A DNA stretch of 64,000 nucleotides from Clostridia bacterium (GCA_029258515.1 JARHYK010000002.1:19476-83475); one strand, 5' to 3'; shown: positions 1 through 10,530, counted from the first letter of the stretch. Translations and numbers: made by a program. Notes: generated from the letters alone by a model not told the origin.

Positions 1-161
1 ATGCTAATATAAAAGCTGCAAAAGAAGTTGGAGCTTTAATAGCTAAAAGAGCAAAAGATTCTAAAATTGAAGAAGTAGTATTTGACCGTGGTGGATATCT
101 ATATCACGGAGTAGTTAAAGAATTAGCAGAAGCTGCAAGAGAAGGCGGATTAAAATTCTAA
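1..161 (+). CDS. rplR: 50S ribosomal protein L18, C-terminal fragment (truncated by window start; frame 3)
   Basis: Translation from nt 3 gives ...[30 protein letters not shown], the conserved L18 C-terminus. Stop TAA at 159-161. Immediately upstream of rpsE, as in the spc operon. Confidence 0.8.
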   Translation, partial: ANIKAAKEVGALIAKRAKDSKIEEVVFDRGGYLYHGVVKELAEAAREGGLKF

Positions 162-203
162 TTATATAACCTTAAAAATAAAAGAAGGAGGAAAGAAAAC
201 CAA

Positions 204-689
204 ATGGAAGAAAGAAACGAATTAAAAGAGAAAGTTGTTGCTATTAACAGAGTTGCAAAAGTTGTTAAAGGTGGTAGAACTTTCAGATTTAGTGCAGTTG
301 TAGTTGTTGGTGACGAAAATGGACATGTTGGTGTAGGTAACGGTAAAGCAGCAGAAGTTCCAGATGCAATCAAAAAAGCTATTGATGAAGCTAAGAAAAA
401 TTTAATAACAGTTCCTGTTGTTGATACAACAGTACCACATGAATATGTTGGAACATTCGGAAGTGCGAAAGTTATGTTAAAACCAGCAGCTGTTGGTACT
501 GGAGTTATAGCAGGAGGAAGTGTTAGACCAGTATTAGAATTAGCAGGATATAAAGATATAAGAACAAAAGTTATCGGAACAAATAATCCAAGAAACGTAG
601 TTTATGCTACATTAGAAGGATTAAAAGCTATGCAAACAGTTGAACAAGTAGCTAAAAAAAGAGGTAAAAAAGTAGAAGACATATTGTAG
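204..689 (+). CDS. rpsE: 30S ribosomal protein S5
   Basis: 161-aa ORF with the S5 motifs (VVKGGRxFRFSA..., [10 protein letters not shown]). RBS GGAGG lies upstream. Operon context rplR-rpsE-rplO. Confidence 0.95.
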   Translation: MEERNELKEKVVAINRVAKVVKGGRTFRFSAVVVVGDENGHVGVGNGKAAEVPDAIKKAIDEAKKNLITVPVVDTTVPHEYVGTFGSAKVMLKPAAVGTGVIAGGSVRPVLELAGYKDIRTKVIGTNNPRNVVYATLEGLKAMQTVEQVAKKRGKKVEDIL

Positions 690-725
690 TCTTTAATTCA
701 AATGAAATCAAGGAGGTGCAAGTAA

Positions 726-1160
726 ATGAAATTAGATGAATTAAAACCAAACGTTAAAAGAACAAAAAGAACAAGAGTAGGTCGTGGAATGGGTTCAGGT
801 TTAGGTAAAACATCAGGAAGAGGACATAAAGGTCAAAAAGCAAGATCTGGTGGAGGAGTTAGACGTGGATTTGAAGGTGGTCAAACACCATTATATAGAA
901 GATTACCAAAAAGAGGATTTACAAATATTCATGCTAATACTTATACAGAAGTAACATTAACAATGCTTAATAAATCAAAAGCTACAGATGTTACAGCTGA
1001 AACTTTATTAGAAGAAGGAATAATTGGAAAAATCAATGATGGAATAGTTGTTTTAGCAACAGGTAAATTAGAAAAAAAATTAAACGTAAAAGCCGTTAGA
1101 TTCACAGCAAAAGCTAAAGAAGAAATAGAGGCTTTAGGTGGAAAGGCTGAGGTGATTTAG
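726..1160 (+). CDS. rplO: 50S ribosomal protein L15
   Basis: 144-aa ORF with a Gly/Arg-rich N-terminus ([24 protein letters not shown]) typical of L15. RBS AGGAGG lies upstream. It follows rpsE directly; no L30 gene lies between them. Confidence 0.93.
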   Translation: MKLDELKPNVKRTKRTRVGRGMGSGLGKTSGRGHKGQKARSGGGVRRGFEGGQTPLYRRLPKRGFTNIHANTYTEVTLTMLNKSKATDVTAETLLEEGIIGKINDGIVVLATGKLEKKLNVKAVRFTAKAKEEIEALGGKAEVI

Positions 1161-2480
1161 TTGTTTAAAACGATAAAAAACGCTTTAAAGACACCAGAGG
1201 TTAGAAAAAAATTAATTTATACATTACTATTAATAGTAGTATTTAGATTAGGATGCTTTATAACAGTACCAGGAGTTAATAATATTGCTTTAAATGAAGC
1301 AATGTCATCAGCTAATGGAGTTGCAGGATTAATCAATATGATTTCCGGAGGAGCTTTTTCAAGATTTTCTATATTTGCGATGACAATAACTCCATATATA
1401 ACAGCATCAATTGTTATTCAACTACTTGCTATGATTGTGCCAGCTTTAGAAAGATTAACTAAAGAAGGCGGAGAAGAAGGTAGAAAGAAGATTAACAAAT
1501 ATACAAAGATAATTACAATTATATTAGCTTTAGTAGAAGCGATAGGATTATTTTTATCTTATAAAAATGCTGGAATATTTGTTGATAATACATTTATGAC
1601 AGCAGTAACTGTAATAGTTTCATTAGTTGCAGGTACATCAATTTTGATGTGGCTTGGAGACCAAATAACAAATAAAGGAATTGGAAATGGTATTTCAATT
1701 ATTATATTTGTAGGTATTGTATCAGGTTTACCAGGTTTTGCAACAACATTATGGGGATTAATGTTTACTGAAAGTGGATTTAGTACAACAGGTCTTTTAT
1801 TGATGTTAGGACTTATATTAGGTTCAATAATATTAATTGCAGCAGTTGTATTTGTACAACAAGCTGAAAGAAAAGTACCAGTACAATATTCAAAAAGAGT
1901 AGTTGGAAGAAAAATGATGGGAGCACAAAATACACACATACCATTAAAATTAGCAATGGCAGGTGTTATGCCAATTATTTTTGCTTCATCATTTATGACA
2001 TTCCCAGCAATGATTATACAAATGTTTGTAAAAGACATTGCTACAAAAACAGGATTTTGGGCAGGTGTATATAAATTTTCAATTGCTACATCAACATCAA
2101 ATGTAGGAATTGGATATTCAATAGGAAATGCGATAGTATATTTATTATTAATATTAGGATTTACATTTTTCTATACATATGCAACATTCAATCCAGCAGA
2201 AGTATCAGCTAACATTAAGAAAAATGGTGGATTTATACCAGGAATAAGAGCTGGAAAACCAACAACAGAATATTTATCATCAATAATATCAAAATTAACA
2301 TGGTTTGGAGGATTATTCTTAGCAATAATTGCAATATTGCCAATGTTACTAAGATTTACAAACCTAAATATTGCATTTGGTGGTACATCAATATTAATTT
2401 TAGTTGGAGTTGCATTAGAAACTGTTCAACAATTAGAATCTCAATTAGCAATGAGACATTACAAAGGATTTTTGGAATAG
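1161..2480 (+). CDS. secY: preprotein translocase subunit SecY (TTG start overlapping the rplO stop)
   Basis: 439-aa polytopic membrane protein. The N-terminus MFKTIKNAL...LGCFITVPGV is conserved in SecY. Its position after rplO is canonical. Confidence 0.93.
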   Translation: MFKTIKNALKTPEVRKKLIYTLLLIVVFRLGCFITVPGVNNIALNEAMSSANGVAGLINMISGGAFSRFSIFAMTITPYITASIVIQLLAMIVPALERLTKEGGEEGRKKINKYTKIITIILALVEAIGLFLSYKNAGIFVDNTFMTAVTVIVSLVAGTSILMWLGDQITNKGIGNGISIIIFVGIVSGLPGFATTLWGLMFTESGFSTTGLLLMLGLILGSIILIAAVVFVQQAERKVPVQYSKRVVGRKMMGAQNTHIPLKLAMAGVMPIIFASSFMTFPAMIIQMFVKDIATKTGFWAGVYKFSIATSTSNVGIGYSIGNAIVYLLLILGFTFFYTYATFNPAEVSANIKKNGGFIPGIRAGKPTTEYLSSIISKLTWFGGLFLAIIAILPMLLRFTNLNIAFGGTSILILVGVALETVQQLESQLAMRHYKGFLE

Positions 2481-2496
2481 AATCAAATAAATATAA

Positions 2497-2530
2497 AAAA
2501 TCTGTAGTTTTAAACTATGGATTTTTTTTA
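2497..2530 (+). terminator. Rho-independent terminator after secY (hairpin with two G.U pairs, then a T8 run)
   Basis: aaaatctgtagttt..aaactatggattttttttat: an 11-bp stem followed by a T-run. Confidence 0.45.
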
Positions 2531-2977
2531 TATATTATACATGAGAAAATAAAACTAGTATAAAGACTAATCAAAGATAGATATCTTTTGTGTACCTTGG
2601 TTGAAAAGATCAAAGTAGATAGGTGGGCTTTTTTCTTTGAAAATATTTTAATAAAAGAATAGTAACTTTTAAGGATTTTGAAATAGTTACGTGTAGATTT
2701 TTAAATAAAATATTAGGAAATATATTTGAAGGAGGTAATTGAAAATAATGAATAATAGGGAGAATAAGAAGGTTAGGAGATGAGAATAAAGAGATGTATC
2801 AAAAAATAGAGAGGAAAATTATATGTACTCAAGAAAAAAATAGAAATGATATGTAGATAAACTGTGATAGAAAATTTAAAAGATAAAATGAATTCAAAAT
2901 TTATTCAAAACTTATAAATAAAGATTCCCCTAAAAATTGTTCAATAATAGGCATGCCAATTTTTAATTTTGTTTTTA

Positions 2978-3006
2978 TTGACTTTTATTGTATTAATATA
3001 TATAAT
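2978..3006 (+). promoter_or_regulatory. Consensus sigma-A-type promoter (TTGACT-17 nt-TATAAT) driving the inserted LRR surface-protein gene
   Basis: TTGACT at 2978-2983, a 17-nt spacer, then TATAAT at 3001-3006. This is about 125 nt upstream of the ATG at 3134. Confidence 0.5.
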
Positions 3007-3133
3007 ATCCTTGATATGACATAAGTGTCAGGTTTAAAGTTTAAAAAATTGTGAAAACTACATTATATTTAGCTTCAAAAGATAAAAATATATTTAACTT
3101 TACTATTAGAAAAATTTAAGAGGAGAGTAAAAA

Positions 3134-5056
3134 ATGAATAAGAAATCAAATGGTATTACACTAGTAGCTTTAGTTATTACAATAATTGTACTTTTAATAT
3201 TAGCAGGTGTAACAATTGCAACATTATCGGGAGATAGCGGAATACTAACAAATGCAGCTAAAGCTAAAAAAATGGCATTGTTATCACAGTACAAGGAAGA
3301 ACATGAAATGTTTTTAAATGAGCAATTATTAAAAAATGATAATTTTAAAAAAGTAAGTTTAGTAGCTGGTGAGACAAATTTAATATATAATACACAAGAA
3401 GAAGGAGAGACTGGTAATATTTATGATGTAATACCAAGTTTAAAAAATAACGATTTTAGTACAAAGTTAGAGATAATAAAAGGAGAATTATTATTAAATA
3501 CAAAAGATCCAAAAGAAATAAAAATGGCGCAAAGTATAGGAATTCAAGTAAATCCATATGATATAGTAGATGGAGAACTATTATCATCAAATGGAAATTT
3601 ACTATTAATGGATGAAACAGGAACAGTAACAATACCTGATAATGTAACAAAAATAGGAGAAGGAGCATTTGCAAATCTAAGTGGATTAAAAACAATAATA
3701 ATACCAGGAAGTGTTAAAGTAATAGGAGTAAATGCATTTAGAAACAATCCAACATTAGAAAAGGTTATTATAAAAGATGGACTTGAAAGAATTGAAAACA
3801 ATGCTTTTACTTCTTGTGAAAATCTAATAGATATAATTATGCCAGATAGTATAACTTTAATGGGTCAAGAAATATTTATGTCTTGCTATAAGTTAAAAAA
3901 TGTTAAGTTGAGTGAAAGTTTAATAAGTTTACCAAGATTTACATTTCATGCATGTATCTCTTTAGAAAAAATAAAAATACCAGATAGGGTAGAAAGATTA
4001 GAAGATAGATGTTTATCTTCATGCCCCAAATTAAATAATATAATCATAAATCAAAATATAACATATATTTCTAGTAGTGCTTTTTCAGATTGTGATATAT
4101 TAGAAAATATATATATTAGCAATAATCCAAATTTTGTATATGAAAATGGAATATTAATGCTCAAAAGTAAAACAGAGATATTATTTATATCTAGTAAAAA
4201 ATTGAACGAAAATAATGTATTTAAAATTCCAGAAGGAATTACTACATTTAATATAAGTATTTCAGCTAATAAAAATATAGATACAATTATTATACCGAAA
4301 AGCTTACAAGAAGTAGGAAATAGTCAGAGTGGTATATTTCCGATGAGTGTAAATAATATACAAGTAACTGAAGGAAATATGAATTTTATTGTTAAGAATA
4401 ATACGCTATATTCAAAAGATGAAAAAAAATTAATACTTTGCTTTGAAAAGGGAAGAACAGTAAATATATTACCGACAGTAGAAGATATAGAAATGCAAGG
4501 ATTTGGATTAGCACCTAACTTAGTAGAAATAAATTTACCAGATAGTGTTAAAAATATAAAACAATTTGCAATAATAAAATGTATAAAGTTAGAGACAATG
4601 AGAATTGGTAAAAATGTAACATATATAGATCCATTATTCCAATATAATAATACTACTTTAAATTTAATAATAGATCCTTTAAATCAAAATTATATAGTAG
4701 AAGATTTTGTTTTATATAATAAAGATAAAACAGAATTAATGACAACTTTAAAACCTAATCCTGGAAAATTTTTAGTAAAAGATACTGTTAAAGTTATAGG
4801 CAGTCTAGCGTTTTATAATAAAAGAGAGATAACTGAAATTATTTTACCCGAAGGACTTACTGAAATAAAAAATTCATTTGGTTATTGTTCTTTTAATAAA
4901 ATAGAAATTCCAAGTACAGTTAATACAATAAGTATAGCGGCATTTGCTAATAACCCAAATCTTTCTCAAATAATAATAAATAAACCCCCAAATAGTATAT
5001 CTGGGGCACCATGGGGAGCAGCAAAAGGAAATAGAATAGTAGAATGGAAAAAATAA
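3134..5056 (+). CDS. BspA-type leucine-rich-repeat (LRR) surface protein with an N-terminal pilin-like hydrophobic segment
   Basis: 640-aa ORF with RBS AGGAGAG. The N-terminus MNKKSNGITLVALVITIIVLLILAGVTIATLSG resembles a prepilin/class-III signal segment. The body consists of repeated ~22-aa LRR units (IPDNVTKIGEGAFANLSGLKTIIIP.SVKVIGVNAFRNNPTLEKVII...) typical of the BspA/Treponema-type LRR family. There is no LPXTG motif. Confidence 0.7.
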   Translation: MNKKSNGITLVALVITIIVLLILAGVTIATLSGDSGILTNAAKAKKMALLSQYKEEHEMFLNEQLLKNDNFKKVSLVAGETNLIYNTQEEGETGNIYDVIPSLKNNDFSTKLEIIKGELLLNTKDPKEIKMAQSIGIQVNPYDIVDGELLSSNGNLLLMDETGTVTIPDNVTKIGEGAFANLSGLKTIIIPGSVKVIGVNAFRNNPTLEKVIIKDGLERIENNAFTSCENLIDIIMPDSITLMGQEIFMSCYKLKNVKLSESLISLPRFTFHACISLEKIKIPDRVERLEDRCLSSCPKLNNIIINQNITYISSSAFSDCDILENIYISNNPNFVYENGILMLKSKTEILFISSKKLNENNVFKIPEGITTFNISISANKNIDTIIIPKSLQEVGNSQSGIFPMSVNNIQVTEGNMNFIVKNNTLYSKDEKKLILCFEKGRTVNILPTVEDIEMQGFGLAPNLVEINLPDSVKNIKQFAIIKCIKLETMRIGKNVTYIDPLFQYNNTTLNLIIDPLNQNYIVEDFVLYNKDKTELMTTLKPNPGKFLVKDTVKVIGSLAFYNKREITEIILPEGLTEIKNSFGYCSFNKIEIPSTVNTISIAAFANNPNLSQIIINKPPNSISGAPWGAAKGNRIVEWKK

Positions 5057-5083
5057 TATATAAATAAATGAAAAAATGCATTT

Positions 5084-5118
5084 AAAAGCTAAAATATCTT
5101 GATATTTTAGCTTTTTTG
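5084..5118 (+). terminator. Rho-independent terminator after the LRR gene
   Basis: aaagctaaaatatc-ttg-atattttagcttttttg: a perfect 13-bp stem plus a T-run. Confidence 0.55.
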
Positions 5119-5165
5119 TAGTAGAATAAAAATATGTTTAATATAAAATGTGAGGAGAGATTTTA

Positions 5166-5828
5166 ATGGTTATAGTGATGTTAGGAGCACCAGGAACTGG
5201 TAAGGGAACGGTAGCAAGTTTATTAGAAGAAAAAGTAGGAATTAAACAAGTATCAACAGGAGATATATTTCGTAAAAATATAAAGGAACAAACAGAACTT
5301 GGAAAGATTGCAGAAGAATATATTTCAAAAGGAAATTTAGTACCAGATGATATTACAATAGGAATTGTAAAAAATAGATTAGAAGAAGATGATGTTCAAT
5401 CAGGAATAATATTAGATGGATTTCCAAGAACAGTAAAACAAGCAGAAGAATTAGATAAGATTTTGGATGAAAAAGGTAAAAAGGTTGATATGGTATTAAA
5501 CTTAACGACACCGGAAGAAGAAATAATCGAAAGAATTGTAAATAGAAGAGTATGTTCAAACCAAGAATGTAAAGCGGTATTTAATGTAACAATAAATCCA
5601 TCAAAAGTTGAAGGAATATGTGATAAATGTGGAAGTGAATTAGTACAAAGAAAAGATGATAATGTTGAAACAGTTAAAACAAGAATTCATAATTACATGG
5701 AACAAACAAATCCGTTAGTTAAATATTATGAATCTAAAGGTATACTAAGAACGGAATTAGTTAGTAAGACAACAAATCATTTAGGAGAAGATGTTGCAAA
5801 CGAAGTTGTGGCAGATATAAAAAAATAG
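5166..5828 (+). CDS. adk: adenylate kinase
   Basis: P-loop GAPGTGKGT, an LID domain with the Zn-binding CSNQECK...CDKCGSEL motif, and the conserved position after secY. Confidence 0.9.
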   Translation: MVIVMLGAPGTGKGTVASLLEEKVGIKQVSTGDIFRKNIKEQTELGKIAEEYISKGNLVPDDITIGIVKNRLEEDDVQSGIILDGFPRTVKQAEELDKILDEKGKKVDMVLNLTTPEEEIIERIVNRRVCSNQECKAVFNVTINPSKVEGICDKCGSELVQRKDDNVETVKTRIHNYMEQTNPLVKYYESKGILRTELVSKTTNHLGEDVANEVVADIKK

Positions 5829-5862
5829 CTATTGGAATAGAAGTCAGAAAGGAAGAATAACG

Positions 5863-6633
5863 ATGGTAACAATAAAGTCAAAAAAAGAAATAGAATTGAT
5901 GAAAGAAGTAGGAAAAGTTGTTGCGAAATTATATGAAAAACTAGAGAAAGAAATAAAACCAGGAATGACAACACTAGAATTAGATGAGTTAGCAGAAAGA
6001 ACAATGAAAGAATTAGGAGCTGAGCCAGCACAAAAAGGTTATGATCCAGGAATAAGAGGAGTACCTAAATTTCCATCTTCAATATGTGTATCAATAAATG
6101 ATGAAGTAATTCATGGAATACCATCTAAATATAAAGTTATACAAGAAGGAGATATAGTTAGTGTAGATACTGTTGCATTAAAAAATGGATATAATGGAGA
6201 TGCTGCAAGAACATTTGCAGTGGGCAAGGTATCAAAAGAAGCTCAAAGATTAATTGATGTTACAAAGCAATCATTTTATGAGGGGATTAAATATGCAAAA
6301 CCAGGTTATAGAATAGGAGATATATCACATGCAATAGGAGAATATGTTCATAGTCAAGGATATTCAGTAATAAGAGAATTCCAAGGACATGGAATAGGAA
6401 AAGAAATGCATGAAGATCCAGGAATTCCAAATTATGGAAAAGCAGGTAGAGGATTAAGACTAGAACCAGGTATGACATTAGCGATAGAACCAATGGTAAT
6501 ACAGGGGAAACCAAATATTTTAGAATTGGATGATGGATGGACAATAGTCACAGAAGATGCTAGTTTGGCAGCACATTATGAAAATACTGTATTAATTACA
6601 GAAAATGAGCCAAAAATATTGACAATTATTTAA
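5863..6633 (+). CDS. map: type I methionine aminopeptidase
   Basis: 256-aa protein with the metal-ligand motifs DIVSVDTVA, HGIGKEMHE and LAIEPM. Canonical position after adk. Confidence 0.9.
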   Translation: MVTIKSKKEIELMKEVGKVVAKLYEKLEKEIKPGMTTLELDELAERTMKELGAEPAQKGYDPGIRGVPKFPSSICVSINDEVIHGIPSKYKVIQEGDIVSVDTVALKNGYNGDAARTFAVGKVSKEAQRLIDVTKQSFYEGIKYAKPGYRIGDISHAIGEYVHSQGYSVIREFQGHGIGKEMHEDPGIPNYGKAGRGLRLEPGMTLAIEPMVIQGKPNILELDDGWTIVTEDASLAAHYENTVLITENEPKILTII

Positions 6634-6721
6634 TTATGATGTATACTTAAATAGTTACAATGCAAAATAGGGATATTTTGCATACTGGAACGTTAAAAAA
6701 CTTTGTATAGGAGGTAATAAA

Positions 6722-6940
6722 ATGGCAAAAGAAGATGTCATAGAAGTAGAAGGAACAGTTGTTGAATCACTACCGAATACAAATTTTAAAGTGGAACTAG
6801 AAAATGGGCATCAAATATTAGCACATATTTCTGGAAAACTAAGAATGAACTATATTAAAATATTACCAGGAGATAAAGTAAAAGTAGAACTTTCTCCATA
6901 TGACTTAACAAAAGGTCGTATAACATGGAGAGGAAAATAA
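6722..6940 (+). CDS. infA: translation initiation factor IF-1
   Basis: 72-aa protein [19 protein letters not shown]..., a near-universal IF-1 sequence. RBS AGGAGG. Confidence 0.92.
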   Translation: MAKEDVIEVEGTVVESLPNTNFKVELENGHQILAHISGKLRMNYIKILPGDKVKVELSPYDLTKGRITWRGK

Positions 6941-6994
6941 AATTGTTAAAAATTAACCCAGAATAAATCACTAAAATTTTAAGGAGGTGCCAAA

Positions 6995-7108
6995 ATGAAA
7001 GTAAGACCATCAGTTAAAAAAATGTGTGACAAATGCAAAGTAATAAAAAGAAAAGGTGTTATTAGAGTTATTTGTGAAAACCCTAAACACAAACAAAGAC
7101 AAGGTTAG
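6995..7108 (+). CDS. rpmJ: 50S ribosomal protein L36 (not in the ORF track; <60 aa)
   Basis: [37 protein letters not shown]: a 37-aa zinc-ribbon L36. RBS AAGGAGG lies 7 nt upstream. Canonical position between infA and rpsM. Confidence 0.85.
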   Translation: MKVRPSVKKMCDKCKVIKRKGVIRVICENPKHKQRQG

Positions 7109-7286
7109 TCTTTAAATTTAAGTTTATAACACAAATTAGGTAGCGGCTGTGAAACTATAAAATAGGTTTACATATCGGATTTGTGTTTATATATATGTTC
7201 TTAAAATCTTTTTAAACCACTTTTATAGTGCATTTCAATTAAAAGGAAAATAAGAAAAAAATAATAATTTGGAGGTGCAAGAAAAT

Positions 7287-7655
7287 ATGGCTCGTATAGC
7301 AGGAGTAGATTTGCCAAAAGAAAAAAGAGTAGAAATAGGACTTACATATATCTATGGAATAGGATTATCAAGTTCTCAAAAAATTCTAGAAAAAGCTGGT
7401 ATAAATCCAGATACTAGAGTAAAAGATCTAACAGACGAACAAGAAAATGCAATAAGAAAAGTAATTGATGAATCATATAGCGTAGAAGGAGACTTAAGAA
7501 GAGAAGTTGCTCTTAATATTAAAAGACTTACAGAAATTGGATGCTACAGAGGATTAAGACATAGAAGAGGATTACCTGTAAGAGGACAAAGAACAAAAAC
7601 TAATGCTAGAACAAGAAAAGGTCCTAGAAAATTAGTAAGTAAAAGCAAAAAATAG
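7287..7655 (+). CDS. rpsM: 30S ribosomal protein S13 (start at [10 protein letters not shown], downstream of the ORF-track start)
   Basis: The conserved S13 N-terminus [35 protein letters not shown] lies 8 nt upstream of the ATG at 7287. Confidence 0.9.
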   Translation: MARIAGVDLPKEKRVEIGLTYIYGIGLSSSQKILEKAGINPDTRVKDLTDEQENAIRKVIDESYSVEGDLRREVALNIKRLTEIGCYRGLRHRRGLPVRGQRTKTNARTRKGPRKLVSKSKK

Positions 7656-7728
7656 AAATTAATATAGATATAAAATATATAAGCATTGAAAAATGCAAAC
7701 CTTAAAATTAAAGGAGGGAAATTTTAAA

Positions 7729-8124
7729 ATGGCTAAAAATACAACAAGAAAACCAGTAGCTAGAAGAAATAGAAAAAACATCGAAAAAGGAGCAGCACAT
7801 ATTCATTCTAGTTTTAATAATACAATAGTAACAATTACAGATACACAAGGTAACGCAATATCATGGGGAAGTGCAGGAGAATTAGGATTCAAAGGTTCTA
7901 GAAAAAGCACACCATATGCAGCTGGACAAGTTGCTGAAACAGCAGCAAAAGCAGCAATGGAACATGGATTAAAAAGTGTTGAAGTATATGTAAAAGGACC
8001 AGGTTCTGGTAGAGAAGCTGCAATAAGAGCTTTACAAACAGCAGGTCTTGAATTAAGTAGCATTAAAGATGTTACACCAATACCACACAATGGTTGTAGA
8101 CCACCAAAAAGAAGAAGAGTTTAA
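7729..8124 (+). CDS. rpsK: 30S ribosomal protein S11 (start at MAKNTTRK)
   Basis: Conserved S11 body ([15 protein letters not shown]...[13 protein letters not shown]...). RBS AAGGAGGG lies upstream of the ATG at 7729. Confidence 0.9.
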   Translation: MAKNTTRKPVARRNRKNIEKGAAHIHSSFNNTIVTITDTQGNAISWGSAGELGFKGSRKSTPYAAGQVAETAAKAAMEHGLKSVEVYVKGPGSGREAAIRALQTAGLELSSIKDVTPIPHNGCRPPKRRRV

Positions 8125-8168
8125 TTAATATTATAATATATAATACATGTCAAGAAAGGAGTAAGAAA

Positions 8169-8795
8169 ATGGCAAGATATAAAGATGAACAATGTCGTAT
8201 TTGTCGTAGAGCAGGACAAAAATTGTTCTTAAAAGGTTCAAGATGTTATTCAGATAAATGTAGTATATCAAGAAGAAATTATGCCCCAGGAGAGCATGGA
8301 CAAAAAAGAGCAAAATTATCTGAATATGGAACACAATTAAGAGAAAAACAAAAAACAAAATCATATTATGGAGTCGGAGAAAAACAATTCAGAAAATATT
8401 TTGAAATGGCTTCAAGCAAAAAAGGAGTAACAGGTGAAAACTTATTACAAATATTAGAAAGTAGATTAGATAATGTTGTATATAGATTAGGATTTGGAAC
8501 ATCTAGAGCACAAGCTAGACAATTTGTAAATCATGCGCAATTTGAAGTAAATGGTGTTACTGTTGATATCCCATCATACTTAGTTAAAGCAGGAGATGTT
8601 ATAACAGTTAGAGAAAGCAAAAAAGATAATGCGACATTAAAAGTAAATGTTGAAGAAGCTAAAAATAGACCAATACCAACATGGTTGGAAAAAGATAACG
8701 AAAAATTAAGTGGTAAAGTAGTAAGATTAGCAGCAAGAGAAGATATAGACTTACCAATAGAAGAACACTTAATAGTAGAGCTTTACTCAAAATAA
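8169..8795 (+). CDS. rpsD: 30S ribosomal protein S4
   Basis: [31 protein letters not shown]... (zinc-finger S4 N-terminus). 208 aa. Confidence 0.92.
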   Translation: MARYKDEQCRICRRAGQKLFLKGSRCYSDKCSISRRNYAPGEHGQKRAKLSEYGTQLREKQKTKSYYGVGEKQFRKYFEMASSKKGVTGENLLQILESRLDNVVYRLGFGTSRAQARQFVNHAQFEVNGVTVDIPSYLVKAGDVITVRESKKDNATLKVNVEEAKNRPIPTWLEKDNEKLSGKVVRLAAREDIDLPIEEHLIVELYSK

Positions 8796-8911
8796 TAGAT
8801 GTATTAAAAAATAAGTGTAAAGGTTTAATCAAAACTTTAAAATTTTACTTAAAAAAACCGGGAAAGTTCTTAAAAGAAGTGAGATGGGATTTCTCATATT
8901 AGGAGGTAAAA

Positions 8912-9859
8912 ATGATAGAATTTGAAAAACCAAATATTGAATGTCTAGAATTAGATGAATCATGTAATTATGCAAAATTTGTTTGTGAACCATTAGAAAG
9001 AGGATATGGTGTAACAATAGGAAACTCACTAAGAAGAATATTACTTTCATCACTTCCAGGATGTGCAATAACAAGTGTAAAAATTGACGGTGTAATGCAT
9101 GAATTTTCTACAATAGCAAATGTAGTAGAAGATGTACCAGAAATTATAGTTAACTTGAAAAATGTAAGATTAAAATCTGATGATGTTGAAGAAAAAATAT
9201 TAAGAGTGGATTTTAAAGGAGAAGGAGAAGTTACAGCTGCTGATATCATAACAGATGGTACAGTAGAAGTATTGAATCCAGAATTACATATTGCAACAGT
9301 GTCAGAAGGTGGACATTTAAAGATGGAAATGACAGCAGATAAAGGAAGAGGATATAATTCAGCAGAGAAGAATAAAAAACCAAATCAAGATATCTCTATA
9401 TTACCTATTGATTCAATATATACACCAGTTAAAAAAGTGAATTATCAAGTAGAAAATACTAGAGTTGGACAAATGGTTGATTATGATAAACTTGTAATTG
9501 AAGTATGGACAGATGGAAGCTTAAAAGCACATGAAGCATTAAGTTTAGCTGCAAAAGTAATGACAGGACATTTAGAATTATTTATTGATTTATCAGAAAC
9601 TACAAAAAATACTCAAGTTATGATTGAAAAAGAAGAATCAAAGAAAGAAAAAGTATTAGAAATGTCAATAGAAGAACTTGAATTATCTGTTAGATCTTTT
9701 AACTGTTTAAAAAGAGCAAATATTGCTACAGTTGAAGATTTGATAGCAAAAACTCAATCAGAAATGATGAAAGTTAGAAATTTAGGTAAAAAATCTTTTG
9801 ATGAAGTTACAGCTAAATTACATTCATTAGGTTTAGACTTTGCACAAGAAGATGAATAA
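8912..9859 (+). CDS. rpoA: DNA-directed RNA polymerase alpha subunit
   Basis: 315 aa. The N-terminal dimerisation domain ([18 protein letters not shown]) and the C-terminal alphaCTD ([15 protein letters not shown]) are present. Confidence 0.93.
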   Translation: MIEFEKPNIECLELDESCNYAKFVCEPLERGYGVTIGNSLRRILLSSLPGCAITSVKIDGVMHEFSTIANVVEDVPEIIVNLKNVRLKSDDVEEKILRVDFKGEGEVTAADIITDGTVEVLNPELHIATVSEGGHLKMEMTADKGRGYNSAEKNKKPNQDISILPIDSIYTPVKKVNYQVENTRVGQMVDYDKLVIEVWTDGSLKAHEALSLAAKVMTGHLELFIDLSETTKNTQVMIEKEESKKEKVLEMSIEELELSVRSFNCLKRANIATVEDLIAKTQSEMMKVRNLGKKSFDEVTAKLHSLGLDFAQEDE

Positions 9860-9891
9860 ATAAAAAGCAATAAAAAAGGAAGGTGAACAAA

Positions 9892-10419
9892 TTGGCAACA
9901 AATAGAAAGCTTGGAAAAGCAACAGATATTAGAATGGCTATGTTAAAAAACTTAACAACTGATTTATTAGTACATGGAAAAGTTGAAACAACATTAGCAA
10001 GAGCTAAAGAAGTAAAAGCTATGGCAGATAGTTTAATTTCATTAGCAATAAAAGAAAAAGATAATTTTGAAGAAGTTGAAGTTATGATCAAAAAAGCAAA
10101 ATTAGATTCAAAAGGAAATAAAGTAACTGAATTAGTAAAAAGTAAAAATGGTAAAGAATATCTTAGAGTTGTAAAAGAAGAAGTTAAAGAAAAAAGACAA
10201 AAAGATATGCCATCAAGATTAAATGCAAGAAGAAAAATGATGAAAACATTAAATAAAGTAAAAGATAGCGAAGGAAATGCTATAGATGTACCAGCAAAAT
10301 TATTTAACGAAATTGCACCAAAATATGCAGGTAAAAATGTAGGTGGATATACAAGAATAGTTAAAGCAGGTCCAAGAAGAGGAGATAGCGCAGAAGTTGC
10401 TATATTACAATTAGTTTAG
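9892..10419 (+). CDS. rplQ: 50S ribosomal protein L17 (probable TTG start at 9892; the ORF-track GTG at 9883 overlaps the RBS)
   Basis: ...NRKLGKATDIRMAMLKNLTTDLLVHGKVETTLARAKEV... matches the L17 core. RBS AAGGAAGGTG ends 6 nt before the TTG. The C-terminal region is longer than in typical L17. Confidence 0.8.
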   Translation: MATNRKLGKATDIRMAMLKNLTTDLLVHGKVETTLARAKEVKAMADSLISLAIKEKDNFEEVEVMIKKAKLDSKGNKVTELVKSKNGKEYLRVVKEEVKEKRQKDMPSRLNARRKMMKTLNKVKDSEGNAIDVPAKLFNEIAPKYAGKNVGGYTRIVKAGPRRGDSAEVAILQLV

Positions 10420-10423
10420 AATA

Positions 10424-10459
10424 AAAAAATAGTTAGAGTAAATTCTAACTATTTTTTTG
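10424..10459 (+). terminator. Rho-independent terminator ending the alpha operon after rplQ
   Basis: aaaaaaatagttagag-taaatt-ctaactatttttttg. Confidence 0.55.
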
Positions 10460-10530
10460 TTTAAAATAACTAGACATATTATGTAATATATAGTAAAATA
10501 TATATAATTTGATGAACAAGGAGTGAAAAA

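Noticed and set aside
1559-2038. 159-aa minus-strand ORF inside secY (and the many similar antisense ORFs, e.g. 3456-3801, 5353-6031, 6287-6544, 7803-8090, 8968-9249, 17692-18158, 20502-21357, 27284-27559, 28501-28818, 29996-30424, 36745-37393, 38777-39193, 41785-42574, 45531-45794, 51802-52134, 55837-56166)
   Set aside because: All are antisense to strongly supported conserved genes. They have low-complexity Leu/Phe/Ile-rich translations typical of AT-rich antisense frames, and have no RBS. Spurious.
2300-2563. 87-aa + strand ORF overlapping the secY 3' end
   Set aside because: Alternate frame of secY with no RBS and a Cys/Ile/Asn-rich nonsense translation. Spurious.
2541-3133. Long AT-rich spacer upstream of the LRR gene with short palindromes (atctttt...aaaagat; GATATC)
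   Set aside because: Only weak, short inverted repeats, with no convincing structured RNA or second promoter beyond the TTGACT-17-TATAAT element. Treated as insertion-associated spacer.
7109-7286. Possible structured leader (aacacaaat...atttgtgtt long-range pairing) upstream of rpsM
   Set aside because: It could be an S4/alpha-operon autoregulatory leader. I cannot verify a pseudoknot by eye, so it is not reported as a feature.
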